DNA of 64,000 bases from an uncultured Saprospiraceae bacterium (GCA_937924495.1 CALDSS010000033.1:13624-77623); one strand, 5' to 3'. Numbered from the stretch's first letter, positions 19,999 to 29,971 are shown. Notes: a model not told the origin generated them from the sequence alone. Made by a program: numbers and translations.

Positions 19999-20925
19999 AT
20001 GGCGACTTTAAGTACCAAACATCTTTTAGGAATAAAAAATATTACTGCTGAAGACATCGATTTAATCTTCAAAACAGCTGATAATTTTAAAGAAGTCATT
20101 AACCGACCTATTAAAAAAGTTCCTTCTCTTCGTGATGTAACGATTGCCAATATTTTCTTTGAAAACTCTACCCGTACACGTATCTCTTTTGAATTAGCTG
20201 AGAAGCGTTTGTCCGCAGATGTTGTTAATTTTTCTGCCTCTTCGTCGTCGGTAAAAAAAGGCGAAACACTTTTGGATACGGTCAATAACATTTTGGCAAT
20301 GAAGGTGGATATGGTAGTGATGCGACATCCTTCTCCAGGTGCTCCTCATTTCCTATCAGAAAAAATAGGCGCTAATGTTGTAAACGCTGGTGACGGAACC
20401 CATGAGCACCCCACTCAAGCATTATTAGATGCTTTTTCGATGCGTGAGAAATTGGGGAATTTAAAAGGTAAAAAAATTGCAATATTCGGAGACATCCTTC
20501 ATTCACGGGTGGCGATGAGCAATATTTTTTGTTTGCAAAAATTGGGGGCCAAAGTTGGGGTTTGTGGGCCACCTACTCTTATTCCTAAGCACATTAAAGA
20601 ACTCGGAGTTGAAGTTTCGCACAATGTAGAAGAAACGCTGAATTGGTGTGATGTAGCCAATGTCTTGAGAATACAATTGGAACGTCAAGATATAAAATTC
20701 TTCCCTTCGCTACGGGAATATTCACAATACTTCGGAATTGATAAAAAGCTCTTGGATGGACTAAAAAAGGAAATTATTGTCATGCACCCTGGGCCTATTA
20801 ACCGAGGGGTAGAAATGACGAGTGATGTAGCGGATTCTAAACAATCCATCATTTTAAATCAAGTAGAAAATGGAGTCGCAGTGAGAATGGCTGTATTGTA
20901 TCTACTTGCCAATAAGAGAGACTAG
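19999..20925 (+). CDS. pyrB: aspartate carbamoyltransferase catalytic subunit
   Basis: 'FFENSTRTR', 'HEHPTQALLD' and 'HPGPINRGVE'. Confidence 0.95.
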   Translation: MATLSTKHLLGIKNITAEDIDLIFKTADNFKEVINRPIKKVPSLRDVTIANIFFENSTRTRISFELAEKRLSADVVNFSASSSSVKKGETLLDTVNNILAMKVDMVVMRHPSPGAPHFLSEKIGANVVNAGDGTHEHPTQALLDAFSMREKLGNLKGKKIAIFGDILHSRVAMSNIFCLQKLGAKVGVCGPPTLIPKHIKELGVEVSHNVEETLNWCDVANVLRIQLERQDIKFFPSLREYSQYFGIDKKLLDGLKKEIIVMHPGPINRGVEMTSDVADSKQSIILNQVENGVAVRMAVLYLLANKRD

Positions 20926-21079
20926 AATTTAGTCATCCGCCTTCCCAAGTTTGGTTAAATGAATTTTATTCAAAAAAAATGGGCTTTTTCGCTCGTTTTA
21001 CTTTAACTTTAAACAAATTTGAAAAGATTTTTTTCAAACCATACACTCCAATTCGCGAACTACGAACAAAACTCTATCG

Positions 21080-24000
21080 ATGCTTAGATTCTTTTATCTA
21101 TTAATTTTCACTGTACTATCCGTCTCCATTTCGGCTCAAGATTGTGGACGTATCCTTGAGGACAACCGCAAAATTGGAAGTACCCATTTTATGCGTACCC
21201 AACCTCTAAAACTGGTTGTAAGAGGTGATTATTCCTACAGTATCCAGTTGGTCCATGATCAAAAAGGATTTTTAGGGAGAATGTTTTCGAAAAGTGGTGT
21301 AGAATTTAACCCCGATGACGAGGTAATTTTTATGGACAAATTTAAACGTCGTAAAAGTTATCGATTTATTTCTATGGGAGAGGTTCAGGAGCAAGGTGGA
21401 ACCCCTGTTTTTCAAAATGAATTAAGATTGGATTTGGAAGCTGCAAAATGGTTTGCAACAACCCCAATTGCTATCATTTACATTAAAAACAATATTAGCA
21501 ATCAAATGCGAAAATTCACCGTGAACGCAAGTAGGCAAGGTGAATTTCAGAGTGGTGCAAAATGTTTTTACAATAACCTTGATAAATCGTTAGTGAATAC
21601 CACTTTCACAGCAGGAAAAGATTTATCAGCTGGTTCAAGTAAAATAATTGGAGGAAAACCTGTTAATCCCAAGGAAGCTAATTCTTCTGACGAAAAACCA
21701 CAATACTCCGATGTTGATAAAAATGAAATTGGAGGTCTTCAAGCTGAACTTAGAGAAACAAAAGACCAGTTAAGGAAAGAAATACAAGCAGAAAAAGACA
21801 AAGCACAAGGGATAAAGGATCAAATTCAGCAAGAGGTAGCATTGGCAAGAGAGCAAGGAGAAAAAAGAAAGCTTGAAATTGCAAATGATGTCAAAAGTTC
21901 AAGAGTTAGAGCAGATTCGGCCTTACAGGTCGCGCAAGCTGAGATCACCGAATTAGTAAAATCTGCCAAAGAAAAGGCTTCGACGCAAATTGAAAAAATA
22001 AATTTGGAGGTAGTGGAAGCAAAGCAAAATGCTGCACAAGAAGTACAAGATGCACGTACAGCTGCCGCCGAAGAAGTCGCTACTGCCAGAGAGGCCGCAT
22101 CTAAACAATTGGCTGAAGTAAAAGAAAAGTTAGACCAATCTAAGTTACAATATGCAGATGAAATTTCTCAAGCAAGAGAAAACTCAAATATCGAATTGCA
22201 AAAAATACGGTCTGAAACTGCCTCTAAAATTGAAGAAGCAAGAAAGAAGGCAAAAGAGGAAAGAAACCGAACTACCGAGGAAGTAGTTTCTACGAAAAAA
22301 TCTGCCTCGCAAGAAATACTCGAAATTCAAGAACAAACAGCGGAGGAAGTGGCTCAAATTAGAGAAAATGCTGTTTTAGAAAAAGAAAAAATGGCTTTTG
22401 AAATTGCCGAAGCTCGTCGAAAAGCTGCGGAGGAAAAAGCTTTGATTGCACAGTCAAGTGCGACGGAAGTTGCAGAAATTAAAGAAAATTATGCAAAAGA
22501 AAAAGAAGCAGCTTCGATGGAAATTGCGAATACCAAAAAACGTGCAGCAGAAGAAATTGCTAAAACAAAGCAATCTGTAGCCATCGAAAAAGAAAAGGCA
22601 AATGATGAAATCACCTCCACAAAAGAGGAAAAAGCTCTGGAGGTTGCAGCTGCTCAAGATGATGCAGAAAAACAAAAAGCGGTGTTAGCAAGTAATGTGG
22701 CCGATGCAAAACAAAAAGCGGCCAATACCATTGAGGGAATTAACCAAGCAGAGGCAAAACGATTAAGCGAAATTAGAGAAAATGCATCCGTAGAAAAAGA
22801 GAAAATTGCGGTGGATGTTCAAACGGCAAGAAATAATGCAAAAGCCGAAATTGAAAAAATTCAAAAAGAATTGGCTGACGCAATTGCTGAATCGAAAGCA
22901 AAGGAAGAATCTATAAAAGCCCAAACTGCCGAAGAAGTTGCGGAGTCTCGAAAAAAAGCAGAAGAAGAAATTACAAAAGCCAAATCTGAAGCTGCTGAAA
23001 GTGTAGCTGATGCGGTGAAGAACGCAGACAAAGCAAAATCTGATTATGCAAATGAAGTGGCCTCTACTCAAAAAACGATGGAGGAAAAAATTGCTCAAAT
23101 CAATAAAGAAGCGGCTGATGCTATTGCAGCAGCTAAAGCAAAAGAACAAGAAATAAAGTCTATGTCTGCTGAGGAAGTAGTTTCTGCAAGAGAAAAAGCT
23201 GTGCAAGAAACATTACAGGCTCAGCAAGATGCTGCAAGAGAAATAGCAAAAGCAAAAGAACAACAAGCAAAAGCCAAGCAAGAATCTGCTCAAGCTGTTG
23301 CCGAAGCAAAAAAGAACTCTGCTGAGAAAGTTTCCCAAATTCAGCAAGATGAAGCGGCGGCTATCGAAAAATTACGTTCTGATGCGGCCAATAAAAAACA
23401 AGAAATTGCCAATGACGTTGCTCAAGCAAAAGAAAAGGGAGCCAATGAAATTGAATCTGTTCGACAGCAAATTGCCAATGAGTTGAAAACTGCTAAGGAA
23501 AATGCTGCGAAAGAGAAGGAAATTTTAGCATTAGATGTCTTAAAAGCACGTGAAGAATCAGCAACTACAATTGCTCAAACCCAAGAAATGGCAGCTCAAG
23601 AAGTCGCTGCTTCTCAAAAGCAAGCAGCTGAAGCAATCGGTAAAGCAAGGAAGGAAAAAGATGAAAAGGTTAAGCAGTATGCAGATGAATCTGCGAAAGC
23701 TGAAGTGGAGTCAAGAGAGCAAATTGCCGAAGCAAGAACTAACTCTAAAGTTGAAATTGAAACTATTTTGAAGGACTTAGCAGAGAAAAAAGACAAATAC
23801 TCAAAAGAGGAAGAAGAAGCGCGTAAGCAATCTTTGGCAGAAATTAATGCTTCTAAGAAGCAATCTTCTGAGGCAATTTACGAAGCTAAACAAAGTGCAC
23901 TTGAGCAAATCAAAAAGGTAAAAGAAGAAACCTCTGTTCAGATTGCAGAAGAGAAAAATAAATTGAAATCAACTCAAGAAGAGGTGACTTCAGCAATCAA

Positions 24001-24106
24001 TGAATTGAAAAAACAAAAAGCGGAGCTCGAACAGGAGTATGCTGAGCTTAGAAATAAAATGATAAAGCGACAAAAAGAATTGGAGGAATTAGAAAAGAAA
24101 AACTAA
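21080..24106 (+). CDS. secreted protein: ~200-aa N-terminal globular domain plus ~800 aa of A/E/K/Q-rich 11-residue helical repeats
   Basis: Signal peptide 'LLIFTVLSVSISAQ'. From about aa 215 to the end it is almost free of Pro and Gly, with a recurring 'A..E[IV]A.A[KR]..' pattern. The antisense and off-frame ORFs in the track are low-complexity shadows. Confidence 0.7.
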   Translation: MLRFFYLLIFTVLSVSISAQDCGRILEDNRKIGSTHFMRTQPLKLVVRGDYSYSIQLVHDQKGFLGRMFSKSGVEFNPDDEVIFMDKFKRRKSYRFISMGEVQEQGGTPVFQNELRLDLEAAKWFATTPIAIIYIKNNISNQMRKFTVNASRQGEFQSGAKCFYNNLDKSLVNTTFTAGKDLSAGSSKIIGGKPVNPKEANSSDEKPQYSDVDKNEIGGLQAELRETKDQLRKEIQAEKDKAQGIKDQIQQEVALAREQGEKRKLEIANDVKSSRVRADSALQVAQAEITELVKSAKEKASTQIEKINLEVVEAKQNAAQEVQDARTAAAEEVATAREAASKQLAEVKEKLDQSKLQYADEISQARENSNIELQKIRSETASKIEEARKKAKEERNRTTEEVVSTKKSASQEILEIQEQTAEEVAQIRENAVLEKEKMAFEIAEARRKAAEEKALIAQSSATEVAEIKENYAKEKEAASMEIANTKKRAAEEIAKTKQSVAIEKEKANDEITSTKEEKALEVAAAQDDAEKQKAVLASNVADAKQKAANTIEGINQAEAKRLSEIRENASVEKEKIAVDVQTARNNAKAEIEKIQKELADAIAESKAKEESIKAQTAEEVAESRKKAEEEITKAKSEAAESVADAVKNADKAKSDYANEVASTQKTMEEKIAQINKEAADAIAAAKAKEQEIKSMSAEEVVSAREKAVQETLQAQQDAAREIAKAKEQQAKAKQESAQAVAEAKKNSAEKVSQIQQDEAAAIEKLRSDAANKKQEIANDVAQAKEKGANEIESVRQQIANELKTAKENAAKEKEILALDVLKAREESATTIAQTQEMAAQEVAASQKQAAEAIGKARKEKDEKVKQYADESAKAEVESREQIAEARTNSKVEIETILKDLAEKKDKYSKEEEEARKQSLAEINASKKQSSEAIYEAKQSALEQIKKVKEETSVQIAEEKNKLKSTQEEVTSAINELKKQKAELEQEYAELRNKMIKRQKELEELEKKN

Positions 24107-24116
24107 TACGCAAATC

Positions 24117-24146
24117 AAAAGCTCCAGAAAAACATCTGGAGCTTTT
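24117..24146. terminator. bidirectional Rho-independent terminator
   Basis: AAAAGCTCCAGA-aaaaca-TCTGGAGCTTTT with A/T runs on both sides, lying between convergent genes. Confidence 0.7.
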
Positions 24147-24151
24147 GATTT

Positions 24152-25195
24152 TTACTCTACCCTGTTCATTTTTCGGAAAGCATTATTGGATTGCAGTACA
24201 TTTCGCTGTCTCAAAAAATTGGTTTGAGAAGGTGCTATTTGTTGTATTTGTATCTGATATTCAGAAGAACCTGAGTTAGAAAAAATCACATTTTTAGGTG
24301 TACCTGATGCGTTTTGAAAAATCCAATTATTTTGACTGGAATCAACTAAAACAAAAGAAGAAAGCTCCTCTGTAGAATTGATATTTTGAAAGAAATACAA
24401 TTTTCCACCAATTTCTTCAATCCTCATATTTTCGGTAAAAACCGTATCATCTTGTTGTAATAAATAGCCAGTTCCTTGAATGATATTTGAGCTATCCGCT
24501 ACCCAGTTTTCTACAGATTTTAAGTCAGCACGTTTTTGCTCCCATTCACCTAATAACCAATCAAAAGTTCTGATTGTTGAATTTCGTCCAACTTTGTATC
24601 TTGAAATTTCATATTTTTCCAACACCTCATTTGAAGAATCTTGAGATAAATATTGGTTATCGTCATTCAGTGAAATATTTGACGACACTTTATGCTCTTG
24701 ATTTGAATCTTCATCGAACACAACGGCTGCTAAATTTCTGTCGTCACGATCAACCTCGGATGGCCGCACATTTAATCTACTTTGTAATTTACGGGTGCGG
24801 TCAGCTATATCATTTTTATTATTTTTCGCAATATCAGCTGAATAATTCGCAAACATCGCTCGATACTTGCTGGAGATTTTCCATTCTTGGTCGAAAGAAT
24901 TATCATCCTGATAAACAAGATCTTCAACTATGAATTTTTCTGGAGACATTTCGTTTGAAGCTACCGCGCTTTGATTAGATACATTATGATTAGTGTTCAG
25001 ATTTAATGCATAAACGGCACCTACTAATGCAACGAGACAAGCCGCTAAGGTCCACCAATTTATCCGACGAACTGGTACGACATCTTTGCCATCTAATTTT
25101 TGCTCAAGCTTAGACCAAGCATCTTTAGAGGGTTGCGAAGAAAAATTTTCTTCTTCTCTTTTGAATAAATCAAATATGGTCTTTTGTCTTCCCAT
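24152..25195 (-). CDS. single-pass membrane protein, function unknown
   Basis: One TM helix 'WWTLAACLVALVGAVYAL' after a ~45-aa cytoplasmic head. The C-terminal domain begins 'FDWLLGEWE'. Confidence 0.55.
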   Translation of the reverse strand: MGRQKTIFDLFKREEENFSSQPSKDAWSKLEQKLDGKDVVPVRRINWWTLAACLVALVGAVYALNLNTNHNVSNQSAVASNEMSPEKFIVEDLVYQDDNSFDQEWKISSKYRAMFANYSADIAKNNKNDIADRTRKLQSRLNVRPSEVDRDDRNLAAVVFDEDSNQEHKVSSNISLNDDNQYLSQDSSNEVLEKYEISRYKVGRNSTIRTFDWLLGEWEQKRADLKSVENWVADSSNIIQGTGYLLQQDDTVFTENMRIEEIGGKLYFFQNINSTEELSSFVLVDSSQNNWIFQNASGTPKNVIFSNSGSSEYQIQIQQIAPSQTNFLRQRNVLQSNNAFRKMNRVE

Positions 25196-25210
25196 TATAA
25201 TAAATAAAAT

Positions 25211-25771
25211 CTATTGTTCTCCAAAATAGTACAAAGCACGTACCGATAAGGAGTTTAAACTATTTTTGTTTGTTCCTCTCCCAAACGTTTGAGAAACATT
25301 AATTGCAACGGTTCTATTATTAAAAGCAGCAAATCGAATACCACCCATTACTGTAACACCATCAGTTTGAAAAACATCTTCGTAACCATCTCCAGAGAGG
25401 GTCAGTTGTCCAAAATTATATCCAGCACCAACCACAAAGCCCATTTGCTCAATTGCATATTCATTGGCATCACGACCAATATTTACCATGGCTAAAATGG
25501 GTGCTTCAAAGCCAAATCTACTTTCAGGTAAATCTCTACTCCCTTCGGCCAAACTAAAATACATCAAACTGGCTTGTGTTCCAATACTAAAACTTGCAGC
25601 ATCGGTTAGGTCAATGATGTTCAACCGAGGTGCAACCACTAATCCCGGCGAATATTTATCACCTATTTGATGGATTCCTAAGCCCATTCCCCAATTGAAT
25701 TCTAACTGTGCATTTAAATTTACCCCAAGCATCATAATGAAGATGCATAGAATGTAATTTTTGTTGGTCAT
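25211..25771 (-). CDS. small outer-membrane beta-barrel-like protein
   Basis: Signal peptide 'IFIMMLGVNLNAQ'. Alternating hydrophobic/polar strands, Gly/aromatic rich. 186 aa. Confidence 0.5.
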   Translation of the reverse strand: MTNKNYILCIFIMMLGVNLNAQLEFNWGMGLGIHQIGDKYSPGLVVAPRLNIIDLTDAASFSIGTQASLMYFSLAEGSRDLPESRFGFEAPILAMVNIGRDANEYAIEQMGFVVGAGYNFGQLTLSGDGYEDVFQTDGVTVMGGIRFAAFNNRTVAINVSQTFGRGTNKNSLNSLSVRALYYFGEQ

Positions 25772-25843
25772 CGTAATTTTTTTTTAATTAATTTTTTTTA
25801 AGTGCATTTAACTTGACCTTTAGGGGTTAATTTTAGTGAAAAA

Positions 25844-27124
25844 CTATTCGTTCTTATAGATTTTGCCATCTTTCATTACAAAACGGACATCCATTAGGGT
25901 TGAAATATTATCGATGGGATTATCCTTGACCGCAATGATATCAGCCCATTTTCCTTTTTCTATGGTTCCTACCTGCTCCGCAATTCCCAATAAATTGGCT
26001 CCATTTATAAAAGAAGTTTTTAGCGCCTCCATAGGCTTCATTCCAACTTCTGTCATGTATTTAAATTCGAGCGCATTTCTACCATGTTTAAAAACACCGG
26101 CATCTGTACCAAAAGCGATTTTAACGCCTTTTTTATAAGCTTTTGAAAATGTCTTTTGAATTTGAGGTCCAATCTCAAGGGCTTTAGGAACGATAACTGC
26201 AGGAAAATAATTTTCAATTTTAGCTGAATCGGCCACTGCTTTGCCGGCTGTAATTGTTGGGACATACCATGTTCCCATTTTTTTCATCAAATCCATTGTT
26301 TCCTCACTCATCAGAGTTCCATGCTCAATACTTGTAATTCCAGCAGCAACTGCTCTTCTCATACCTTCATCACCATGGGCATGGGCAGCAACATGAATTC
26401 CAAAATCATTGGCAGTTTCAACTATTGTTCTGATTTCTTCTTCAGTAAACGCAGGTCTTTTACCATCTCTCGCAACACTCAAAACACCACCTGTGGCAGT
26501 TATCTTAATTAAATCTGCTCCATTTTTGACTTGATGCCTAACTGCTTTTTTACATTCAGCAACTCCATCAGCAACTCCATTTTCAGGGCCTGGCGCATCA
26601 TAAAGTCCTTTTTTTGCCCCATTGGTTGGATCGGCATGCCCTCCAGTTACAGCAATACTTTTGGCACAAGTAAATAAACGTGGGCCAGGTGTGATTCCTT
26701 TATTAATAGCTTTTTGTAAGGATACATTTACTCCAGAACCTCCCAAATCTCTAACGGTAGTAAAACCAGCCATGAGGGTCACCTTTGCAAAATGAGCACT
26801 TTCAAATGCAACATCTGACTCGTTGAATGTAAACCTTTGTAAATAGCGATTTGGATTGGTTTCATGCTCAATATGAATATGCATATCCATCAAACCAGGT
26901 AAAACGGTTTTATCTTTTAAGTCAACTATTTCAGTTCCAACTGGAGCCTCAGCATAGCCTTTCTGAACTGATTTAATCTGATTTCCTTCTACAATGATAG
27001 TATGATTTCCTTTTACCTTTGAACCAACACCGTCAATAAGTTTACCACAATAAATATATTTTTCTTGCGCAATCAAAGAGATTGAAAACAATAAAATTCC
27101 AAAAAAAAGAAGACTATATCTCAT
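25844..27124 (-). CDS. secreted metal-dependent amidohydrolase family protein
   Basis: Signal peptide. 'LPGLMDMHIHI' (HxH metal site), 'AAHAHG', 'SIEHG' and 'FGTDAG'. Confidence 0.85.
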   Translation of the reverse strand: MRYSLLFFGILLFSISLIAQEKYIYCGKLIDGVGSKVKGNHTIIVEGNQIKSVQKGYAEAPVGTEIVDLKDKTVLPGLMDMHIHIEHETNPNRYLQRFTFNESDVAFESAHFAKVTLMAGFTTVRDLGGSGVNVSLQKAINKGITPGPRLFTCAKSIAVTGGHADPTNGAKKGLYDAPGPENGVADGVAECKKAVRHQVKNGADLIKITATGGVLSVARDGKRPAFTEEEIRTIVETANDFGIHVAAHAHGDEGMRRAVAAGITSIEHGTLMSEETMDLMKKMGTWYVPTITAGKAVADSAKIENYFPAVIVPKALEIGPQIQKTFSKAYKKGVKIAFGTDAGVFKHGRNALEFKYMTEVGMKPMEALKTSFINGANLLGIAEQVGTIEKGKWADIIAVKDNPIDNISTLMDVRFVMKDGKIYKNE

Positions 27125-27183
27125 ATTGTTTTTCTTTAGTATTGGCGAAAATAATCAATTGAATCAATTATCAGAATAAATAA

Positions 27184-27213
27184 AAGGGTGTGCCGAATAA
27201 ACGACACACCCTT
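27184..27213 (-). terminator. Rho-independent terminator after the repeat-protein gene
   Basis: AAGGGTGTG-(12 nt)-CACACCCTT. On the minus strand the stem is followed by TTTTATTTATT. Confidence 0.6.
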
Positions 27214-27238
27214 ATTAGTTTATAAAATTTAGGAAAAA

Positions 27239-28696
27239 TTATTTCCCTCCTTTTAAATCATCTTGCCAAGCTTGCAATTCATTCCATTTTCCTTCATGTG
27301 CCATTTTAGATTGCTCAGGCCATGTACCTGGATCATGAATTCTGTATCTTGGTCCAGCATCATTTAGAATTCCTTTTAATGTTTCGACACTTGCCTCGGA
27401 AAGAGCCTTCCAAGTAGTAATACCCGCATTATTCAGCAATTCTTCAATCTTTGGCCCAATTCCTTCAACTTTTTTCAAATCGTCGGGTCTGGTAGGGGCA
27501 ATTGAACCAAGGCGCTCTCTTCTTTCTACTATTCTTTCCGCTCCTTTCGTTCTGGTTTCACCTCCCATCGTTCGTGACACTTCTTTCGTTTCAAGTCCTG
27601 ACATCATGGCTCTCAAAGAATCGAAATCAATTTGCTTTTCAACAATCACCTCACGAACTACCTCTACTGGTACTTCTTTAATGACTTCCACTTCCTTAAT
27701 GACTTCCACTTCCTTAATGACTTCTACTTCCTTAATGACCTCAACAGGTTTCTCAACCTCAACGATCTTCTCTACCTCAACAATTTTCTCTACTTCTTTG
27801 ATCACTTCGACTGGTTTTTCTACTTCAACGATCTTCTCCACTTCGACGATTTTGTCAACCTCGACAATCTTTTCAACCTCAACGATCTTCTCTACCTCAA
27901 CAATTTTCTCTACTTCCTTGATTACTTCGACAGGTTTCTCCACTTCAACGATCTTCTCCACCTCTTTGATGACTTCGACGATCTTTTCAACCTCGACAAT
28001 TTTTTCAACCTCGACAGGAACCTCTTTGGTAACTTCAACTATGCGTTCAACCTCAACTGGTTTTTCAACCTCAACGATTTTTTCAATCTCAACTATCTTT
28101 TCAATTTCAACAGGTACCTCCTTAACAACTTCAACAATTTTTTCTACTTCGACAATTTTCTGAACCTCAACGATTCGTTCAACTTCAACAGGTACTTCTT
28201 TTACAATCTCTACAATTCTTTCAACATCAACTGGCACCTCCTTGATTACTTGAACTTCCTTGATTATTTCAATTGGTTTCTCAATCTCTACAATCTTTTC
28301 TATCTCAACAGGAACTTCTTTTGTAATCTCAACAATTCTCTCAACAGGAACTTCCTTAATCACCTCAACAATCTTCTCAATCTCTACAATTTTCTCTACC
28401 TCAACAGGAACTTCTTTTACTACTTCGACTACTTTTTCTACCTCAACGATTTTTTCAATCTCAATAGGTGCAGCAGCAGCAAACGAAGCAGCAGCAGGAA
28501 TTTCCTTAATGACTTCAACAGGAACTTCTACCTCTTTTACTACTTCAACAATTTTTTCAACCTCTTTAATAACCTCAACAGGTTTCTCGACTTCGACAAC
28601 CTTTTCTCTGGGGTTGTATAACAACCATCCAATCCACATTCCAAGCAGAGAGGACAATAGCCCGAATAAAAATGGAAATAAAAAACACCAAGACAT
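27239..28696 (-). CDS. membrane-anchored V/E/K/I hexapeptide-repeat protein with C-terminal helix-hairpin-helix domain
   Basis: N-terminal TM 'FLFPFLFGLLSSLLGMWIGWLL'. ~330 aa of 'VEKIVE / VEKPVE / VIKEVE|P' units. C-terminus 'DDLKKVEGIGPKIEELLNNAGITTWKALSE' is HhH-like. Confidence 0.75.
   Translation of the reverse strand: MSWCFLFPFLFGLLSSLLGMWIGWLLYNPREKVVEVEKPVEVIKEVEKIVEVVKEVEVPVEVIKEIPAAASFAAAAPIEIEKIVEVEKVVEVVKEVPVEVEKIVEIEKIVEVIKEVPVERIVEITKEVPVEIEKIVEIEKPIEIIKEVQVIKEVPVDVERIVEIVKEVPVEVERIVEVQKIVEVEKIVEVVKEVPVEIEKIVEIEKIVEVEKPVEVERIVEVTKEVPVEVEKIVEVEKIVEVIKEVEKIVEVEKPVEVIKEVEKIVEVEKIVEVEKIVEVDKIVEVEKIVEVEKPVEVIKEVEKIVEVEKIVEVEKPVEVIKEVEVIKEVEVIKEVEVIKEVPVEVVREVIVEKQIDFDSLRAMMSGLETKEVSRTMGGETRTKGAERIVERRERLGSIAPTRPDDLKKVEGIGPKIEELLNNAGITTWKALSEASVETLKGILNDAGPRYRIHDPGTWPEQSKMAHEGKWNELQAWQDDLKGGK
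27640..28610 (-). repeat. 18-nt-period coding tandem repeat (hexapeptide units)
   Basis: GAA/GTT/AAA-rich 18-nt periodicity is visible throughout and generates three long shadow ORFs on the + strand. The ends are approximate. Confidence 0.7.
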
Positions 28697-28772
28697 TTTT
28701 ATTAATATTTATAGTTTTTTAAAATTTGTTAGACCTTCATTCTCAGATAATTGCAAATTGGTAGATTCGATT

Positions 28773-29678
28773 TTATTGTACTAAAACCACCTCTACTCTT
28801 CTGTTTTGAGCGCGTCCGTCCTCTGTACCGTTATCGGCAATCGGACGATCATCAGCATATCCTGCTGTTTCCATACGCTCGAGACTAATACCGCCTCTTT
28901 CGGCTAAATACTGAGCAGTGTATTCAGCTCTTTTTCGTGACAAACGCTCGTTTCCTTTACCGATATTATCGGTATGTCCTGACACTTCTATTTTGCTACC
29001 GGGTACATTGTCAAGGTAGAAAATAATATCTGCCAAATCGCTTCGAATTTGGGAATCAAGGTTAGGTTCTTTAGCGTCAGTTTCAAAATAAAGTCTTACA
29101 GGTTCTACTGTAAGTCTTTCACTAATTGAACCGATACGATCGTCATCGTTGCCAGCTTCGCCAAAATAAAAATCAGCTCCATGACATAATGTGTCTGCCA
29201 TAAATCCTTCGCCTTCTACATAAGAAGAACCTGTACTTACTTGTGAAGAACTTACACCAAGTCCTTCCAAAATAGACTTAATAGCATCTGCTCTTGCGAC
29301 ACCCAAATCTTCATGGATTGAATTGTTGCTCTCATCTTCAGCATATACGCCAACAATATTTAGAGAACGATCAGGATTCGCAATTAAATACTCAGATGCA
29401 CCATTCAGCAAAGTGTTGACATCATCTGCATACGGCAAAACATCATATTCATTTCTTACGAAACGGATAAAACGATTTGAATTTTGTTCGAAATCAGAAT
29501 CAGAAATGCTCCACGGCCCACAATAAGTGTTATCACTTCCGGTTGTGGCAGGTGCTACTTTTGAAGTTGCATCTGTTTCGCCAGTACCACAAAAATTATT
29601 TTTGATGTACCGAGAACCGAAAATTAATACCATTAATAGTAGTAGGAACAGGAGAATGAGAAGAAGAGTCCTATTCAT
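28773..29678 (-). CDS. OmpA-family peptidoglycan-binding protein (N-terminal membrane anchor)
   Basis: C-terminal OmpA_C-like motif 'GHTDNIG....N..LS.KRAE..AQYL......ADDRPIADN.T..GRAQNRRVEVV'. Confidence 0.85.
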   Translation of the reverse strand: MNRTLLLILLFLLLLMVLIFGSRYIKNNFCGTGETDATSKVAPATTGSDNTYCGPWSISDSDFEQNSNRFIRFVRNEYDVLPYADDVNTLLNGASEYLIANPDRSLNIVGVYAEDESNNSIHEDLGVARADAIKSILEGLGVSSSQVSTGSSYVEGEGFMADTLCHGADFYFGEAGNDDDRIGSISERLTVEPVRLYFETDAKEPNLDSQIRSDLADIIFYLDNVPGSKIEVSGHTDNIGKGNERLSRKRAEYTAQYLAERGGISLERMETAGYADDRPIADNGTEDGRAQNRRVEVVLVQ

Positions 29679-29971
29679 TGTAAAAAAGTTTTACTTTAAA
29701 AAGTGAATAAATAAATTTCCAGACTTGTTTAGTATCAGAATGTGAGTAAAACCTTTTCGTCTCTCATAGTATGTTATTGATTGGGAGTCAAAAAGGAGTG
29801 GCTGCTAATGTATAACTTTTATTAACATTTCACTAAAAACAGACTGATAAATAAGTACTAATCTGTAAAAATCTGATAATCAGTGAAATACTAATTGACA
29901 AAAACATATAATAACAAAATCAAAAATTGCCACGTTAAGACAATTTTAAGACGCAGCACTTTCAAAAAAGA

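Noticed and set aside
22454-23796. Antisense and off-frame ORFs inside the 1008-aa repeat protein (for example 22763-23206 on the minus strand and 23550-23771 on the plus strand)
   Set aside because: Their compositions (Phe/Cys/Ser-rich or Lys-rich) are the reverse or shifted reading of GAA/GCA/AAA-rich codons. None has an independent start context or recognisable motifs.
27640-28610. Periodic short repeats that could be mistaken for a CRISPR array or non-coding satellite
   Set aside because: The period is 18 nt with no unique spacers. The region is entirely inside an open reading frame and encodes hexapeptide units. No cas genes are present in the window.
27606-28784. Three long + strand ORFs (185, 329 and 174 aa; 'STSTIFSTS...' and 'FNLNDLL...') opposite the repeat-protein gene
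   Set aside because: They are low-complexity shadow frames created by the 18-nt-period repeat. The minus-strand frame has a TM anchor and a conserved C-terminal HhH domain, an upstream partner gene and a downstream terminator.
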